Source: a virus. Taken from it: DNA of 53,790 nt. Below, piece by piece: positions 20,301 to 29,321 of the stretch (the first letter of the stretch is position 1; the number at the start of each line of letters is the position of its first letter). The notes under the pieces are model-generated. The model ran no database searches. It saw only the letters and a list, made by a program, of their open reading frames with translations, and was not told the origin of the DNA. Where the stretch lies: positions 1-53,790 of IMG/VR virus record IMGVR_UViG_3300045988_119356; one strand, written 5' to 3'. The position numbers and the translations under genes were made by a program.

Positions 20301-21056
20301 AACGTTGTGGAAGATTTGGTACAACAACCTGATTGGATTGGCCGAAAGGAAAACGTTTATGCGTCTGAAGGAATTTTAACCTTATCTCCAGAAAAAAACG
20401 AAGGGATATACTATTTTAATCCAGAACCTTTAGATTTAGGAGAAGTTTACGAAAACTCTTTAAGTTCTGTTTTGAAATTAAGCTTGTCCAGTCGAAATCG
20501 CGTTAGAGATATAGTTAAAATTCGCGATGTTGAAAAAATTAGAGATTTTGGTTTAAATCAAAAAATAAGAGATATTGACCTTATTAGAGATTTAAAAGAT
20601 TTCAGAACATTTACAGGTTCGAAATGGAGTGTCAGTATTGAAATGAATTTAAGTAAAGACGGTGAAGAATGGACGGGTTGGCAAGAGTTTACAGCTTCAC
20701 AGCATACTTTTAGATACTGCCAATTTAGATTGAGATTATATATCGAATCGCTTTGGTTTTCTCCGGATGTACTTAAAGCGTCCGTAATAATCGATATGCC
20801 GGATAGATATGAAAGCGGTGAAGACATTCAAATAAACGACGCTGAGGAAGGCGCAACTATTGTTTATGAAAATGCTTTTTGGAATAATCCAAGCGTTAAT
20901 ATAACTCTTCAGGATGCAGCAGTAGATGATAAAATTAATTACGTTGAGAAAAATAACAAAGGCTTTACAATAAAAGTTTTTAATGATAGTTTAAAAACAT
21001 ACGTTAAAAGGTCTTTTGATTATATCTCAGCAGGTTACGGAAAGGTAGTTCGATGA
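17349..21056 (+). CDS. Central tail fibre / host-specificity protein (gpJ-like)
   Basis: 1235 aa after the M/L/K-like genes, with FN3-like repeats in the C-terminal half. Confidence 0.75.
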   Translation: MQEFIDMLNDNITVQKSLMPFRRDFETLHLEKCKTIQEIVDKTIPFNFEGAHLVVTLNNEVVKSDKWNILLKKNDIVGLNFIPTGGGDGKNSLMTVINIVAAVAVAVFAPEAIPAMASYWSISETAAAAIYYIGSSLVMSVANYALMSTPNQTSTFKSSLKESQTQFIENAQNAISKYGIIPVNLGTNRMFPPQAALPYTETSGNNQYCRQIFTYGYGKLKISDRKLGETSISEYEEVEMDDRLNADLNQGVKLYTNDVYQESLNVKITREAGEIIRSTQRDTDECELDITFNALVDTISYGPYTGFQFATSVNFQVYYRDVNSEDWIRVDDLNVTAKTMQALRKVKRIIFPEKGQYEIKIIRTTSSGDGRYLINDSYLTAIRSIKYQNPVKFADISGTAMRIRATEQLNGTVSSYNAIVSTLVKGYNPKTDSWVNDVESSNPADIFRYVLQTPAFAKHLPDEKIDLEKLAEWWKYCDDLKLTYNRIIDYETSIDDVLNDICAAGVATISKVNNIYSVIIDNERPYVKGLVTPRNSWEYSGNINYPEIPHALRVEFRNAEKGYETDERIVYADGYTEETATLFERIEFSSCTNADLAYWYGRRYFATALLQPETHTFKMDFENLTFNRGDRINLVNDVILVGVGQGRIKELKFDDEGNVVGFVIDEELNIPSVNNLGVRIRDNLGKGFSYHLLKSISGLVSEFTFNETIELNEAPALGSLCAFVEDGKELDLIITQIKPDSNQSATITAIDYAPERFNPLEEIPPFDSNITIPGDFYRPYPPELDGEVVSDETVMLKNSDGSITSIMVIPLRNRNENSVIPVIKCRLYGTSEWFTPGALKRDANQVMLTGLEDGETYDIEIRYQRQTGLQLLSKPLVLNKIKFVGGSTPPGDVENFRVTITNGLGVFEWSPVNDIDISHYVIRYTNETEDVTWESSQVVYPQITSCSITGLIHKGTYLIKAVDLLGYESVNPTLIVSADAGAFNNVVEDLVQQPDWIGRKENVYASEGILTLSPEKNEGIYYFNPEPLDLGEVYENSLSSVLKLSLSSRNRVRDIVKIRDVEKIRDFGLNQKIRDIDLIRDLKDFRTFTGSKWSVSIEMNLSKDGEEWTGWQEFTASQHTFRYCQFRLRLYIESLWFSPDVLKASVIIDMPDRYESGEDIQINDAEEGATIVYENAFWNNPSVNITLQDAAVDDKINYVEKNNKGFTIKVFNDSLKTYVKRSFDYISAGYGKVVR

Positions 21057-21874
21057 GTCAAACAAATGTAGATTTTTCACAAAATCCGTCCGGTGCACAG
21101 TTGATGGATGATTTTCTTGATAAAATGCAGGAAAACGTTTTAACATCTAACAGCGGTTTACAACGGCCGGAATATGCTCAAGAAGGTACTGTTTGGTTGG
21201 ATAAAACAACTACCCCTTGGGTATATAAATTATTTGATGGAAGCGATGATATTATTATCGGACAATTTGATGCTGAAAATAATAAATTCATTCCTTCAGA
21301 TCCTATGACTACTGTTGGTGATTTAATTGTTGAAGGAGAAGATGGTAATCCAACAAGATTAGCTCCAGGGATTGCCGGAACTGTTTTAACATCTAACGGT
21401 GCAGGTAAATTGCCGAGTTATCAAAAATCCGATTATCAATTGGTTTCTAATCTCGAGCAAACTTTATCGGAATCGACAGATAAATATCCTTCTTCAAAGC
21501 TTGTAAACGATGAATTTAACAAAAGAAAATTAATTGCTTATGATGCAGACCGTAATCCGGACAGTCTGCCCGGCAGTTATACGCTAGTGCTGCAAGACAA
21601 TGACGAACGTGTGTCTTTGCAAGTTGCCGACAATGTGACGATAACGATTGATACCTCGCAGCTGACGTTCCCCAAGGGATGGTACACAGTAGTTTTTCAT
21701 TTCTATTTTCCTAACGGCGCCAAGACGGTTAACCTGTCTTATGCCGGCGGCATTCGCTGGGTTAATGGTTTAACTCCGGATTTTACCAACGGCAAGAGTC
21801 ATTTGGTGGCGTTAACCAAGCACCGAATTTGGAACGATGTTGGAATGAGCGATGCCGGCACTTTTGGAGGTTAA
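21053..21874 (+). CDS. Tail fibre / receptor-binding protein (putative)
   Basis: 273 aa directly after the J-like gene. Confidence 0.4.
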   Translation: MSQTNVDFSQNPSGAQLMDDFLDKMQENVLTSNSGLQRPEYAQEGTVWLDKTTTPWVYKLFDGSDDIIIGQFDAENNKFIPSDPMTTVGDLIVEGEDGNPTRLAPGIAGTVLTSNGAGKLPSYQKSDYQLVSNLEQTLSESTDKYPSSKLVNDEFNKRKLIAYDADRNPDSLPGSYTLVLQDNDERVSLQVADNVTITIDTSQLTFPKGWYTVVFHFYFPNGAKTVNLSYAGGIRWVNGLTPDFTNGKSHLVALTKHRIWNDVGMSDAGTFGG

Positions 21875-22439
21875 CATGGGGATTCCTTTTAATTTTGACC
21901 CTTTAGGTAGTGGTAACTCCGATCCATACAAGCGCGGGCAGGTGCTGGGTGAAATTGCCAACCCGCAGGATGCTGCCAGTCAGTGGTTTTATGTCGATGT
22001 TCCTAAACCCGGGGTTTATAAGCTTTGGTTGGTGGGCGGCGGCAATACGACAAACTGGTGTTATATCGGCTGTAACTATCCCGGCTCTGCGGCTGGATTT
22101 ATCGGCAAAATGTATTTTTATATTAAATGTCATCTGCGTGTCGGTGTCGGACTGCAAGACCAGCCGAGCCGTTTGCAGGTGGCAACCTGGGAGGATCCGA
22201 ATACCTGGTATGATTTGGTTGTATGTGAGGCCGGGAAGGATGCTTTAGGAACTGCCGGCCGCGGCGGTTACATTACCGTCAATCGAGACTCGACGTTTAA
22301 CAATTATTTTGACATCGAGCTTGAAACAAACGGAAATAACGGTAGCAACGGAGGTTATCCCGCGTCGGTTTGGGGCGGTTACGGAACTAAAGATATAAAC
22401 GGATATGGTAAACTGCAATATATAAGGATGAAACCATGA
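21852..22439 (+). CDS. Glycine-rich tail fibre protein (putative)
   Basis: 195 aa with a Gly/Asn-rich C-terminus. Confidence 0.4.
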   Translation: MPALLEVNMGIPFNFDPLGSGNSDPYKRGQVLGEIANPQDAASQWFYVDVPKPGVYKLWLVGGGNTTNWCYIGCNYPGSAAGFIGKMYFYIKCHLRVGVGLQDQPSRLQVATWEDPNTWYDLVVCEAGKDALGTAGRGGYITVNRDSTFNNYFDIELETNGNNGSNGGYPASVWGGYGTKDINGYGKLQYIRMKP

Positions 22440-22885
22440 CAAATTATGCAAAACTGGTTAACGGGCGGTTGGAATACGCACCGATTAATTTAGAAACGGA
22501 TACTGGCGTTATATTTAATTATGGCTTGGAAGTTAATGCTCATCAGCTGCTGGCAGACGGCTACAAGCCGGTAGAACTAATCGAAGATAAATCGAAATAT
22601 AGCGATTGTGAAGGTGAATATACTTTCGAGTTCGAAGAAAAAACCGATAAAATTATCGAAGTTGCAAAGTATCACCGCTATTCTGATGAAGTTCTTAATG
22701 AAAAGATAAGACAAAATCGTCTTAACGCTTATCGGAACAATACCGACCAATTAACACTTAGAAAATTACGCAAGCAAGCTATTGGTGCTTGGACTGAAGC
22801 TGATGAAGCGGAATATGTCGAAATGGTCAAAAAAATGTCATCTGATATTGATACAGGAAATCCCTATATTGACATTGTAGATTAA
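22436..22885 (+). CDS. Tail fibre assembly or distal tail protein (putative)
   Basis: 149 aa, ATGA-coupled. Confidence 0.3.
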   Translation: MTNYAKLVNGRLEYAPINLETDTGVIFNYGLEVNAHQLLADGYKPVELIEDKSKYSDCEGEYTFEFEEKTDKIIEVAKYHRYSDEVLNEKIRQNRLNAYRNNTDQLTLRKLRKQAIGAWTEADEAEYVEMVKKMSSDIDTGNPYIDIVD

Positions 22886-22905
22886 ATAATTTATCATAAT
22901 GGTAT

Positions 22906-22979
22906 GGGCGGTTGGCAGAACGGTTATGCGTGGGACTGCAAATCCCTTTAAGTAGGTTCAACTCCTATATCGCCCTCCA
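22906..22979 (+). tRNA. tRNA-Cys(GCA)
   Basis: Folded by hand. Acceptor GGGCGGT/ATCGCCC; D-stem GCA/TGC with a GG loop; anticodon stem GGGA/TCCC with loop CTGCAAA; T-arm GTAGG-TTCAACT-CCTAT; discriminator T; encoded CCA. Confidence 0.6.
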
Positions 22980-22999
22980 TAAAACAAACGGGGGATAAA

Positions 23000-23224
23000 A
23001 TGGATAATAAAGAAGCTTTAGAAATTTATAAAGAGGCTCAAAAAGCCGGTATTTATATGGCGTCAATAATGTTTCTTGCTCTTCTTGTGGTATCTGGACT
23101 GTTTATGTTTTATATTTATCAAAGCTATAAACCGATGCCAGTAACGTCGACAATAACCCAGACTCAAGATGGCGAGAATAACCATCGGGAGTTAACAAAT
23201 GGCGAAGCAAAGTCAAACAATTAA
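23000..23224 (+). CDS. Small membrane protein with one TM segment
   Basis: 74 aa with a hydrophobic segment IYMASIMFLALLVVSGLFMFYIY. An RBS GGGGGA precedes it. Confidence 0.5.
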   Translation: MDNKEALEIYKEAQKAGIYMASIMFLALLVVSGLFMFYIYQSYKPMPVTSTITQTQDGENNHRELTNGEAKSNN

Positions 23225-23232
23225 AGTAACTT

Positions 23233-23547
23233 ATGTTTTACCAAGAGGCGGTGGTAGAGGTGGAAGAGGCGCATAACATATCTAAAATATCTGATAAAAT
23301 CAAGCGCCCTATTATTTCACTTTGGTTGCACTTTTTCTTAAAGCGGATAGGTTCTAAACATCCCGAGTTCCTGTCCGCTCTTTTAACTGACATTAACGCT
23401 TCGGAACGACAGAAAATAATTATGATGTCCCGATACGTTAATAAATTAAAATTCAAACAAATTCCCGATGTTAAAGGTGTTAATTGCGAATTGAGAAATG
23501 TTATGCGAGAACACCGAAAAGTCATAGACAAACTAATAAATCTTTAA
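23233..23547 (+). CDS. Hypothetical protein
   Basis: 104 aa, followed by the terminator at 23561. Confidence 0.4.
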   Translation: MFYQEAVVEVEEAHNISKISDKIKRPIISLWLHFFLKRIGSKHPEFLSALLTDINASERQKIIMMSRYVNKLKFKQIPDVKGVNCELRNVMREHRKVIDKLINL

Positions 23548-23560
23548 ATTCAATCAATTA

Positions 23561-23586
23561 GCTCGGCACAGTCCGAGCATTTTTTA
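23561..23586 (+). terminator. Rho-independent terminator
   Basis: GCTCGG-cacagt-CCGAGC followed by TTTTTT. Confidence 0.6.
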
Positions 23587-23756
23587 TATCTGATGATCTT
23601 GCTAATCTGAGAACAGAGAGCGGGGTTTTTTAATCTTTTCAACTTTCACCTCCGGTTAAAAAACCTTTGCTTTCTGATAATGAAAGCGAGGAAATATGTT
23701 TCAAATCCAAACTTATCAATTTTATTTATTGTTAAATCTTTTAAGGGAGTTAGAAG

Positions 23757-24011
23757 ATGTTAAATAATAGTGACTTTTATGGTAACGCCTCTTTTCTTGT
23801 TTTGGCTATACCTGTTTTAGTTGGAACCGAAAATTTAGACGATATTCTCGAAAGAATTTTATATATCCGTAAACAACCTAAAAATATTCAGCCAGAGTTA
23901 GCTTCTGATTTAGTGGCTGATATCGTTAAAAAATCAACACGTTCTTTAATGGAAAATATGAATAAAGTTCCAGTTAACGGCATTAGCGAGGTTTCTGATG
24001 TTCGAGAATAA
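23757..24011 (+). CDS. Hypothetical protein
   Basis: 84 aa with an RBS GGGAG. Confidence 0.45.
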   Translation: MLNNSDFYGNASFLVLAIPVLVGTENLDDILERILYIRKQPKNIQPELASDLVADIVKKSTRSLMENMNKVPVNGISEVSDVRE

Positions 24012-24429
24012 TCTGGCAAATCAACAAAATTACGGTATGACAAATCAAAGTTTTATTGGTTTTATTCAGGCCGGAAAAATATGTAACTCTTACGGACAAC
24101 AAATCGGAGTTACTACTGATGAATATAATAAAGCCATAGAAACTGCTAAAGGATTTGAAAAAATCCTATACGAGAAAGGCATTTTAACTAAGCCTAAAAC
24201 GCCGGAAGAAATTAATCGAGAATTACAAAATACACTCAAACAAACTCAAGCTATGATGGTTGAAATGTCAAATACCATTGTTGCTCTTAACGATAAAGTT
24301 TTGAAGTTGGAGGGAGATAAAAAAGATGTTCAACAAACAATTGATGATGCAGGACGCACAGAAAATGCTGGGTCAAAAGGGAGCGGGAACGTTCGGCCAA
24401 CTCTTCGACTTAGCGACAAACATAGTTAA
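23998..24429 (+). CDS. Hypothetical coiled-coil protein
   Basis: 143 aa. Its 3' 100 nt overlap the next gene. Confidence 0.45.
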   Translation: MFENNLANQQNYGMTNQSFIGFIQAGKICNSYGQQIGVTTDEYNKAIETAKGFEKILYEKGILTKPKTPEEINRELQNTLKQTQAMMVEMSNTIVALNDKVLKLEGDKKDVQQTIDDAGRTENAGSKGSGNVRPTLRLSDKHS

Positions 24430-24685
24430 CACGTGCCAAAATCCTAAAGCTGAACTCGAAAAACACGGTGTAACTATTGACACAATTAGAAAAGCTAAAA
24501 ACTTTTTGAATTTTCCCGGTGTCGGTTGGCTTATTAACAAATACGGCAACAAAGACCAAATTTTGCAAGACCTTAATAAGCTTGAACAACTTTTTGAACC
24601 GACAAATACCATTAACTTACCGGCAGAACAAGCCCCTGCTGATGAGTTAGAGCAGATGCAAGCTAATCTTGCGCGGCTCAAATAA
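24326..24685 (+). CDS. Hypothetical protein
   Basis: 119 aa. An RBS GGAGGGAG lies upstream, inside the preceding ORF. Confidence 0.45.
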   Translation: MFNKQLMMQDAQKMLGQKGAGTFGQLFDLATNIVNTCQNPKAELEKHGVTIDTIRKAKNFLNFPGVGWLINKYGNKDQILQDLNKLEQLFEPTNTINLPAEQAPADELEQMQANLARLK

Positions 24686-24697
24686 CAAAGGGCTTAT

Positions 24698-25309
24698 TTG
24701 GAGAAAAAACCTATGGACGACAAAACTTATAGCATGGGCGGAATCGGCTTCTTGGCCATTTTGTTCATCTTGATTTTTGCTCTTGTTGGTCGTGGTGGAT
24801 TCGGTAACTGGGGTAACGGCTTCGGTGGTTGGGGCGGATTCCCGATGTGGGGAAATGGCTTCGGTTTCGCCGGTGTCGGAGTTCCTGGTTACGGTCTTGG
24901 GTTTGAAGATTACAAAGCAATTTGTGAAGGACAGAAACAAGGCATTATCGATTCCGCACAAACAAGATACTTGGTTGAACAGCAGGCGGCTGCAACTCAG
25001 GCAGTTGTAAATGCTACTGCTAACACAACCCAAACAAAGATTGACTTTTACGCTTACCAAGACTTGCGTGATCGCTTGTCCGAAGAGCAGAGAAAAGTCT
25101 TGACCCTGGAGAACCAGCTGTTTGTAAAAGACCAGCTCGCTCCGGTCAATGCTCAGTTGGCATCTATTCAGTGCCACATGCTTAAACGCCCTGATGTTAC
25201 CGGTATCGGTGCAGTATGCCCGAACTCTGCTATCATCAACGGTTTAGGTATTAATAGCCTGAGTGGCTATGGCTACGGATGTGGCTGTGGTTGCAATAAC
25301 TTAGCTTAA
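24698..25309 (+). CDS. Gly/Trp/Phe-rich membrane-anchored protein with a C-terminal GYGYGCGCGC tail
   Basis: An N-terminal TM segment, then GNWGNGFGGWGGFPMWGNGFGF. It is followed by a terminator. Confidence 0.5.
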   Translation: MEKKPMDDKTYSMGGIGFLAILFILIFALVGRGGFGNWGNGFGGWGGFPMWGNGFGFAGVGVPGYGLGFEDYKAICEGQKQGIIDSAQTRYLVEQQAAATQAVVNATANTTQTKIDFYAYQDLRDRLSEEQRKVLTLENQLFVKDQLAPVNAQLASIQCHMLKRPDVTGIGAVCPNSAIINGLGINSLSGYGYGCGCGCNNLA

Positions 25310-25314
25310 CTCCC

Positions 25315-25348
25315 TCGGGCGGGGTTTCGGCTCCGCCCTGATTTTAAC
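25315..25348 (+). terminator. Rho-independent terminator (putative)
   Basis: GGGCGGGG-tttcgg-CTCCGCCC, then a T-rich tract. Confidence 0.5.
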
Positions 25349-25372
25349 TCTTTTTTGTAAAGGAAACAAAAA

Positions 25373-25798
25373 ATGACTTTTAATTGCACGAAAACTTACA
25401 GAACTTCAGCCGTTACTTTAACCGGTGGAGATTTATATTTAACCATTCCCGGAATCCAATTTAACACCCTTCCGAACTATACAAATTTAAACGTTGTAGT
25501 TTGTCAGCCTATCCCGGCTGGTGCAAATACAGCTCAGGTATTTTTATCTGACGGCATTAGCAACGTTGAAGTAAGAAACTTGTCCGGAAACTATTTGCGC
25601 GCCGATGAAATTAGATGTCGCAAATGCTATCCGATGATTTTCGGTAACGATCCTGTTCATGCAAGCTTGAGAATCAATGTTTGTCGTTCTTCTTACACTG
25701 GAGCGGCCGCAGCTGCGGCAGCAGTAGCATCGGCTACTACTTTAACCGCTTCTGTTGATGAACCTGTAACAGCATCTACAACAAGAACGAAAGCTTAA
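25373..25798 (+). CDS. Hypothetical protein with a poly-Ala/Thr tail
   Basis: 141 aa. Confidence 0.4.
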   Translation: MTFNCTKTYRTSAVTLTGGDLYLTIPGIQFNTLPNYTNLNVVVCQPIPAGANTAQVFLSDGISNVEVRNLSGNYLRADEIRCRKCYPMIFGNDPVHASLRINVCRSSYTGAAAAAAAVASATTLTASVDEPVTASTTRTKA

Positions 25799-25953
25799 CA
25801 ACATGAGAGGTCTTGGCATAATTATCGGATATATACTCGGAAACGAAAAAGCTCGTAATTGGTGTATTGAAAAAATATGCCAAGCCTCTTGTATTGTTGA
25901 AAAAGAGTTTAAAAAAACTCAACTCGGGCAAATTTTAACAAAGGATAAAAACA

Positions 25954-26397
25954 ATGATGACGTTTCAAAAATTGATTGATGAATACATCGACAATGCTTC
26001 CGAAGAAAGTATGCATAAATTAACCCGTAAAATGGATTGTTTTGTGGAAGAAGTCCGTGAACATCATCCTGAAATGGTAGAAAAATTTTTGATGAAAGTC
26101 GATTATATTCTTAATCCGGATTTCACCAAAGAAACTGCTTTATATGTTGTTTCTAAAATGAAAAACAAAGACGGTACAACCGGTGAACATTGGAATTATG
26201 AAACTACCACAAAAGTTTTGGAAGCTAAAGGATATAATTTCAAGCCGTGCGATTGGTATTATGTTCTTAACATGATGTATTCGGACTATTACAAACAGGG
26301 TCGTTCGGATGATACTTATGTTGAAATGGCTTACGATTTTTTAAATGATATTGATGGTCCTCAACATAAGGCTAAAAAATGGGCGACTATGGATTAA
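25954..26397 (+). CDS. Hypothetical protein
   Basis: 147 aa with an RBS AAGGA. Confidence 0.45.
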   Translation: MMTFQKLIDEYIDNASEESMHKLTRKMDCFVEEVREHHPEMVEKFLMKVDYILNPDFTKETALYVVSKMKNKDGTTGEHWNYETTTKVLEAKGYNFKPCDWYYVLNMMYSDYYKQGRSDDTYVEMAYDFLNDIDGPQHKAKKWATMD

Positions 26398-26427
26398 TGA
26401 TGTTGACAAACAAATCCGGTTGGTGTT

Positions 26428-26781
26428 ATGCTTTTTTACAGAGTTAATGCCAATCGGAGAATTGCTTTGTTTAAGGACATAGGGGATACATTGCGTGATT
26501 ACGCTATTGTAGGAACGTGTATAGGGGGCGTATCGGTGTTGATTAAACCTTTCATATCTATAAAACAAACAATAAGAGATGCCGTTATATCTTTTGTTAT
26601 ATCAATGTTAACAGGTCTTTTATTGGAATATTTTGACATTCCGTACAGTGTCAAAGTCGGGTTGTCCGGTGTTGCTGGATTGTTTGCAGTAAGACTTTAC
26701 ATGATTGGAGAAAGTCTTTTGAAAAAAGTTCAAGATAATCCTGAAATAGTAATCGATAAAATAAAAGATAAGCTCGATTAA
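26428..26781 (+). CDS. Putative holin with three predicted TM segments
   Basis: 117 aa, immediately upstream of the endolysin. Confidence 0.4.
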   Translation: MLFYRVNANRRIALFKDIGDTLRDYAIVGTCIGGVSVLIKPFISIKQTIRDAVISFVISMLTGLLLEYFDIPYSVKVGLSGVAGLFAVRLYMIGESLLKKVQDNPEIVIDKIKDKLD

Positions 26782-26797
26782 TAAACATCGGGTTTTT

Positions 26798-27211
26798 TTG
26801 ATTATGAGAAATATTATGACCGATAACGATATGGAGATTTTTGCTAAAACAATATTTGGTGAAGCAAGAGGAGAAACACACGAGGGGCAAGTTGCAGTTG
26901 CGTGCTGTATATTAAATCGCTTTAAGTCTAAAAAATGGTTTTCGGCCAAAACAATCGCCGGAGTATGTCAAAAGCCTTGGCAGTTTAGTTGCTGGAATAA
27001 AAACGATCCGAACGCTCAAAAAATTGCAAATTTAACATTTCCATCATATTCAAAATATTTTCCGATTATCAAAGAAGCTTTGCAAGGTGATATTACTAAC
27101 GGTGCAACTCATTATTACGCACCGGCGGTGGTTAAATGCCCGAACTGGGCAAAAGGAAAAAGCCCTTGTGCTGAAATTGGAAGCCACTTATTTTTTAAGG
27201 ATATAGACTAA
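26798..27211 (+). CDS. Endolysin of the SleB / Hydrolase_2 cell-wall hydrolase family
   Basis: FGEARGE...GQVAVACCILNR...CQKPWQFSCW matches the SleB catalytic-domain signature. Confidence 0.7.
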   Translation: MIMRNIMTDNDMEIFAKTIFGEARGETHEGQVAVACCILNRFKSKKWFSAKTIAGVCQKPWQFSCWNKNDPNAQKIANLTFPSYSKYFPIIKEALQGDITNGATHYYAPAVVKCPNWAKGKSPCAEIGSHLFFKDID

Positions 27212-27792
27212 TGATTTATTTATATTCATTTTTAATTATTGCTCTTTCATCGTTACTTTGGCGAATCAGAGGCGGTCTTTGGAAAGACTATATTCCGGCA
27301 AATAAAATATGGTATGCTTTAGCTTTTGGTTTTTACGGGTGTTTTTATTTCGGTTGGCTGTTTGAAAATTTCCTTGTTGCTTTTATCGCATGTTATACAA
27401 GCTATCAGCTTTATGGTTGGGGCGTTTACATTGGACGTTTATTGACCGGTTACGAACTAAATCCAGATACTGATAGAGAGTGCGAACTCATTGATGATTT
27501 GTTATATCCGCTACATGTTACAATAAAAGGAAATAAATATTATCTTTATCAATATCCTCGATTGTTTGGATTTTTAGGAACTTCTTTAACTGGATTAATT
27601 ATTACATTTATCTGGGGTTTATTTTTCGGAAGTATCGGAATAATGTTATCCGGTCTTGGAATGGGTGTTTGTTATTTACTTGGAGGATTAATTAATAAAC
27701 TGATTCCTGAACAAAAACTGGGCTGGGGATACGGTGAATTTATTAACGGTGCATATTGGGGGGCTATCCTTACTTGGTGGCTATTATGGTAA
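27211..27792 (+). CDS. Multi-pass membrane protein (lysis-associated?)
   Basis: 193 aa with 5-6 hydrophobic helices, between the endolysin and the spanins. Confidence 0.4.
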   Translation: MIYLYSFLIIALSSLLWRIRGGLWKDYIPANKIWYALAFGFYGCFYFGWLFENFLVAFIACYTSYQLYGWGVYIGRLLTGYELNPDTDRECELIDDLLYPLHVTIKGNKYYLYQYPRLFGFLGTSLTGLIITFIWGLFFGSIGIMLSGLGMGVCYLLGGLINKLIPEQKLGWGYGEFINGAYWGAILTWWLLW

Positions 27793-28004
27793 AATATGCG
27801 GTTTTTTTATTTGTTTTTATTGTTATTCTTGGCGGAGCTTATTGGGCTGGCTATCGGGTGGGAAGCTCTGATACAAAAGTTGAGTATGTGACTAAAGAGG
27901 TCGTCAAATATGTGGAAGTTGAAAAAGAAAAATCGGCAATTTATTCTGCTCCTAATATTAACCGCGATACTGCTCTTAGGATGTACTCCGAAAATAAATT
28001 CTAA
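27756..28004 (+). CDS. i-spanin (putative)
   Basis: 82 aa with an N-terminal TM segment. It overlaps the following lipoprotein gene in another frame. Confidence 0.45.
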   Translation: MGGYPYLVAIMVKYAVFLFVFIVILGGAYWAGYRVGSSDTKVEYVTKEVVKYVEVEKEKSAIYSAPNINRDTALRMYSENKF

Positions 28005-28149
28005 CCCTTGCGCAGTTTATCCTATCGGCGGATATAAAGTTGGAAAAGAACTTGAAAAAATACCCTATGCCGGATTTGAAAATTTTTGGGAGCATCAGGC
28101 TCGTTTGTATAAGTTAAAACAGGAATTAGATTTATGCCAAAAGAGATAA
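27910..28149 (+). CDS. o-spanin lipoprotein (putative)
   Basis: A signal peptide with the lipobox LLLGC, overlapping the i-spanin gene. Confidence 0.5.
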   Translation: MWKLKKKNRQFILLLILTAILLLGCTPKINSNPCAVYPIGGYKVGKELEKIPYAGFENFWEHQARLYKLKQELDLCQKR

Positions 28150-28349
28150 GAATTGTAAGAGTCGGAAAATATGTCGGAGCTGTTAAACAAGGGCGTTGTC
28201 CAATGTATTCTATAACGACACCGGACAAGTTCGATGATTGGAAAAAAGGATTGCAAGAAGATTTCCCAGAGTGTAGAATAGTTGACGGCACTAAGCCAGA
28301 TAGAGCGATGGTCGCTCAATTTATAATTAAAACAACTAATTCCAGATAA
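28134..28349 (+). CDS. Hypothetical protein
   Basis: 71 aa. Confidence 0.35.
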   Translation: MPKEIRIVRVGKYVGAVKQGRCPMYSITTPDKFDDWKKGLQEDFPECRIVDGTKPDRAMVAQFIIKTTNSR

Positions 28350-28456
28350 AGGAGAACCCCGACGGCATCTTTGCTATCGGGGTTTAGAATGTCAGATATA
28401 TAGTGTCGCTAACGCCAACACTGAAAATACACTACCACTTCGCGAGAGGTTTGTCA

Positions 28457-28876
28457 ATGGTGCAAGTTTGGACTGACGCGAGTTTTAATTCAAAAACTAA
28501 AGACGCTGGGCTTGGTATAACAATTCGGCAGTTAATTAAAGGTGGTGTAAAAGAAACTCGAATAAATCTAAAAACTAAAGCTGAAGATAACAATCAAGCG
28601 GAATTGCTGGCCATTTACTATGCTTTACAAAATATAAACGGAGTGCCTGAAAAAGAGCCGATTTTTATCGTTACAGACAGTAAAATAGCGATTGATAGCA
28701 TATTGCATCCGGAAATGAAAAAAGATAAATATAGAGCCGTGGCAGAAAGAATCAGAGGTATGCTTTACTGTGAGCAGTGGAAAATATATCACAAAACGGC
28801 TCACACTGGACGACAAGATAGATATTCAATCAGGCAAGCAATAACTGATAAGTTGGCGAAAAAAGCTAGACAATAA
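28457..28876 (+). CDS. RNase H-like protein
   Basis: VWTDASF...AELLAIYYAL...IVTDSK carries the RNase H D/E/D motifs. The ATG at 28457 has an RBS GAGAGG. Confidence 0.55.
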   Translation: MVQVWTDASFNSKTKDAGLGITIRQLIKGGVKETRINLKTKAEDNNQAELLAIYYALQNINGVPEKEPIFIVTDSKIAIDSILHPEMKKDKYRAVAERIRGMLYCEQWKIYHKTAHTGRQDRYSIRQAITDKLAKKARQ

Positions 28877-28906
28877 TTTATTTTTGAGTATAATACTTAT
28901 GGTTAT

Positions 28907-28939
28907 TAGTCATCGACCGCCCGCGAAAGGATAAACGGG
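28907..28939 (+). terminator. Rho-independent terminator
   Basis: CCGCCCG-n12-CGGGCGG followed by T7. Confidence 0.75.
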
Positions 28940-28940
28940 C

Positions 28941-28969
28941 GGTTTTTTTGTTGACTTATGATATTTTAT
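28941..28969 (+). promoter_or_regulatory. Sigma70-like promoter: TTGACT, a 17-nt spacer, then TATAAA
   Basis: Hexamers read directly. It drives a noncoding transcript towards the tRNA-like element. Confidence 0.5.
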
Positions 28970-29128
28970 CAATTATAAAATATTCATCGCGTTGGTCGGT
29001 TAAATCGAGCAGTGGCGTGGCCCTGCATTGTTACGGAAAATGTTGCATGACTAACAACGTTTTTGGCGGTAACATAGGCTTAGTCAGCCGAGAAATAAGT
29101 GTAATTCTTATAACGCGATACAATTTAT

Positions 29129-29204
29129 CGGGAGGTAGCTCAGTTAGTAGAGCACTAGATTGAAAATCTAGGTGTCGGTGGGGCGGAACCACCCCTCTCT
29201 ACCA
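29129..29204 (+). ncRNA. tRNA-like element with a GAA (Phe) anticodon, a C1-U72 mismatch and a non-canonical T-loop (GGCGGAA); it encodes CCA
   Basis: Hand fold. D-arm GCTC-AGTTAGTA-GAGC; anticodon arm CTAGA-TTGAAAA-TCTAG; T-stem GGTGG/CCACC; acceptor CGGGAGG/CCTCTCT with 6 of 7 pairs. Confidence 0.5.
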
Positions 29205-29321
29205 AACCACCAGCTTAACGGTTTCCGTTTAAGGTCTGCGGTTGCCAGGGCTTCTTGGTTCAGAGGGCGATAAACAGTAACCAAGCAGCGACTTGTAACC
29301 TGTAAGTTTACATGCTCCGTT

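Noticed and set aside
28948-29163. 71-aa ORF overlapping the promoter and the tRNA-like element
   Set aside because: It begins upstream of the predicted transcription start. It has no RBS and an implausible composition. The region is better explained as structured noncoding RNA.
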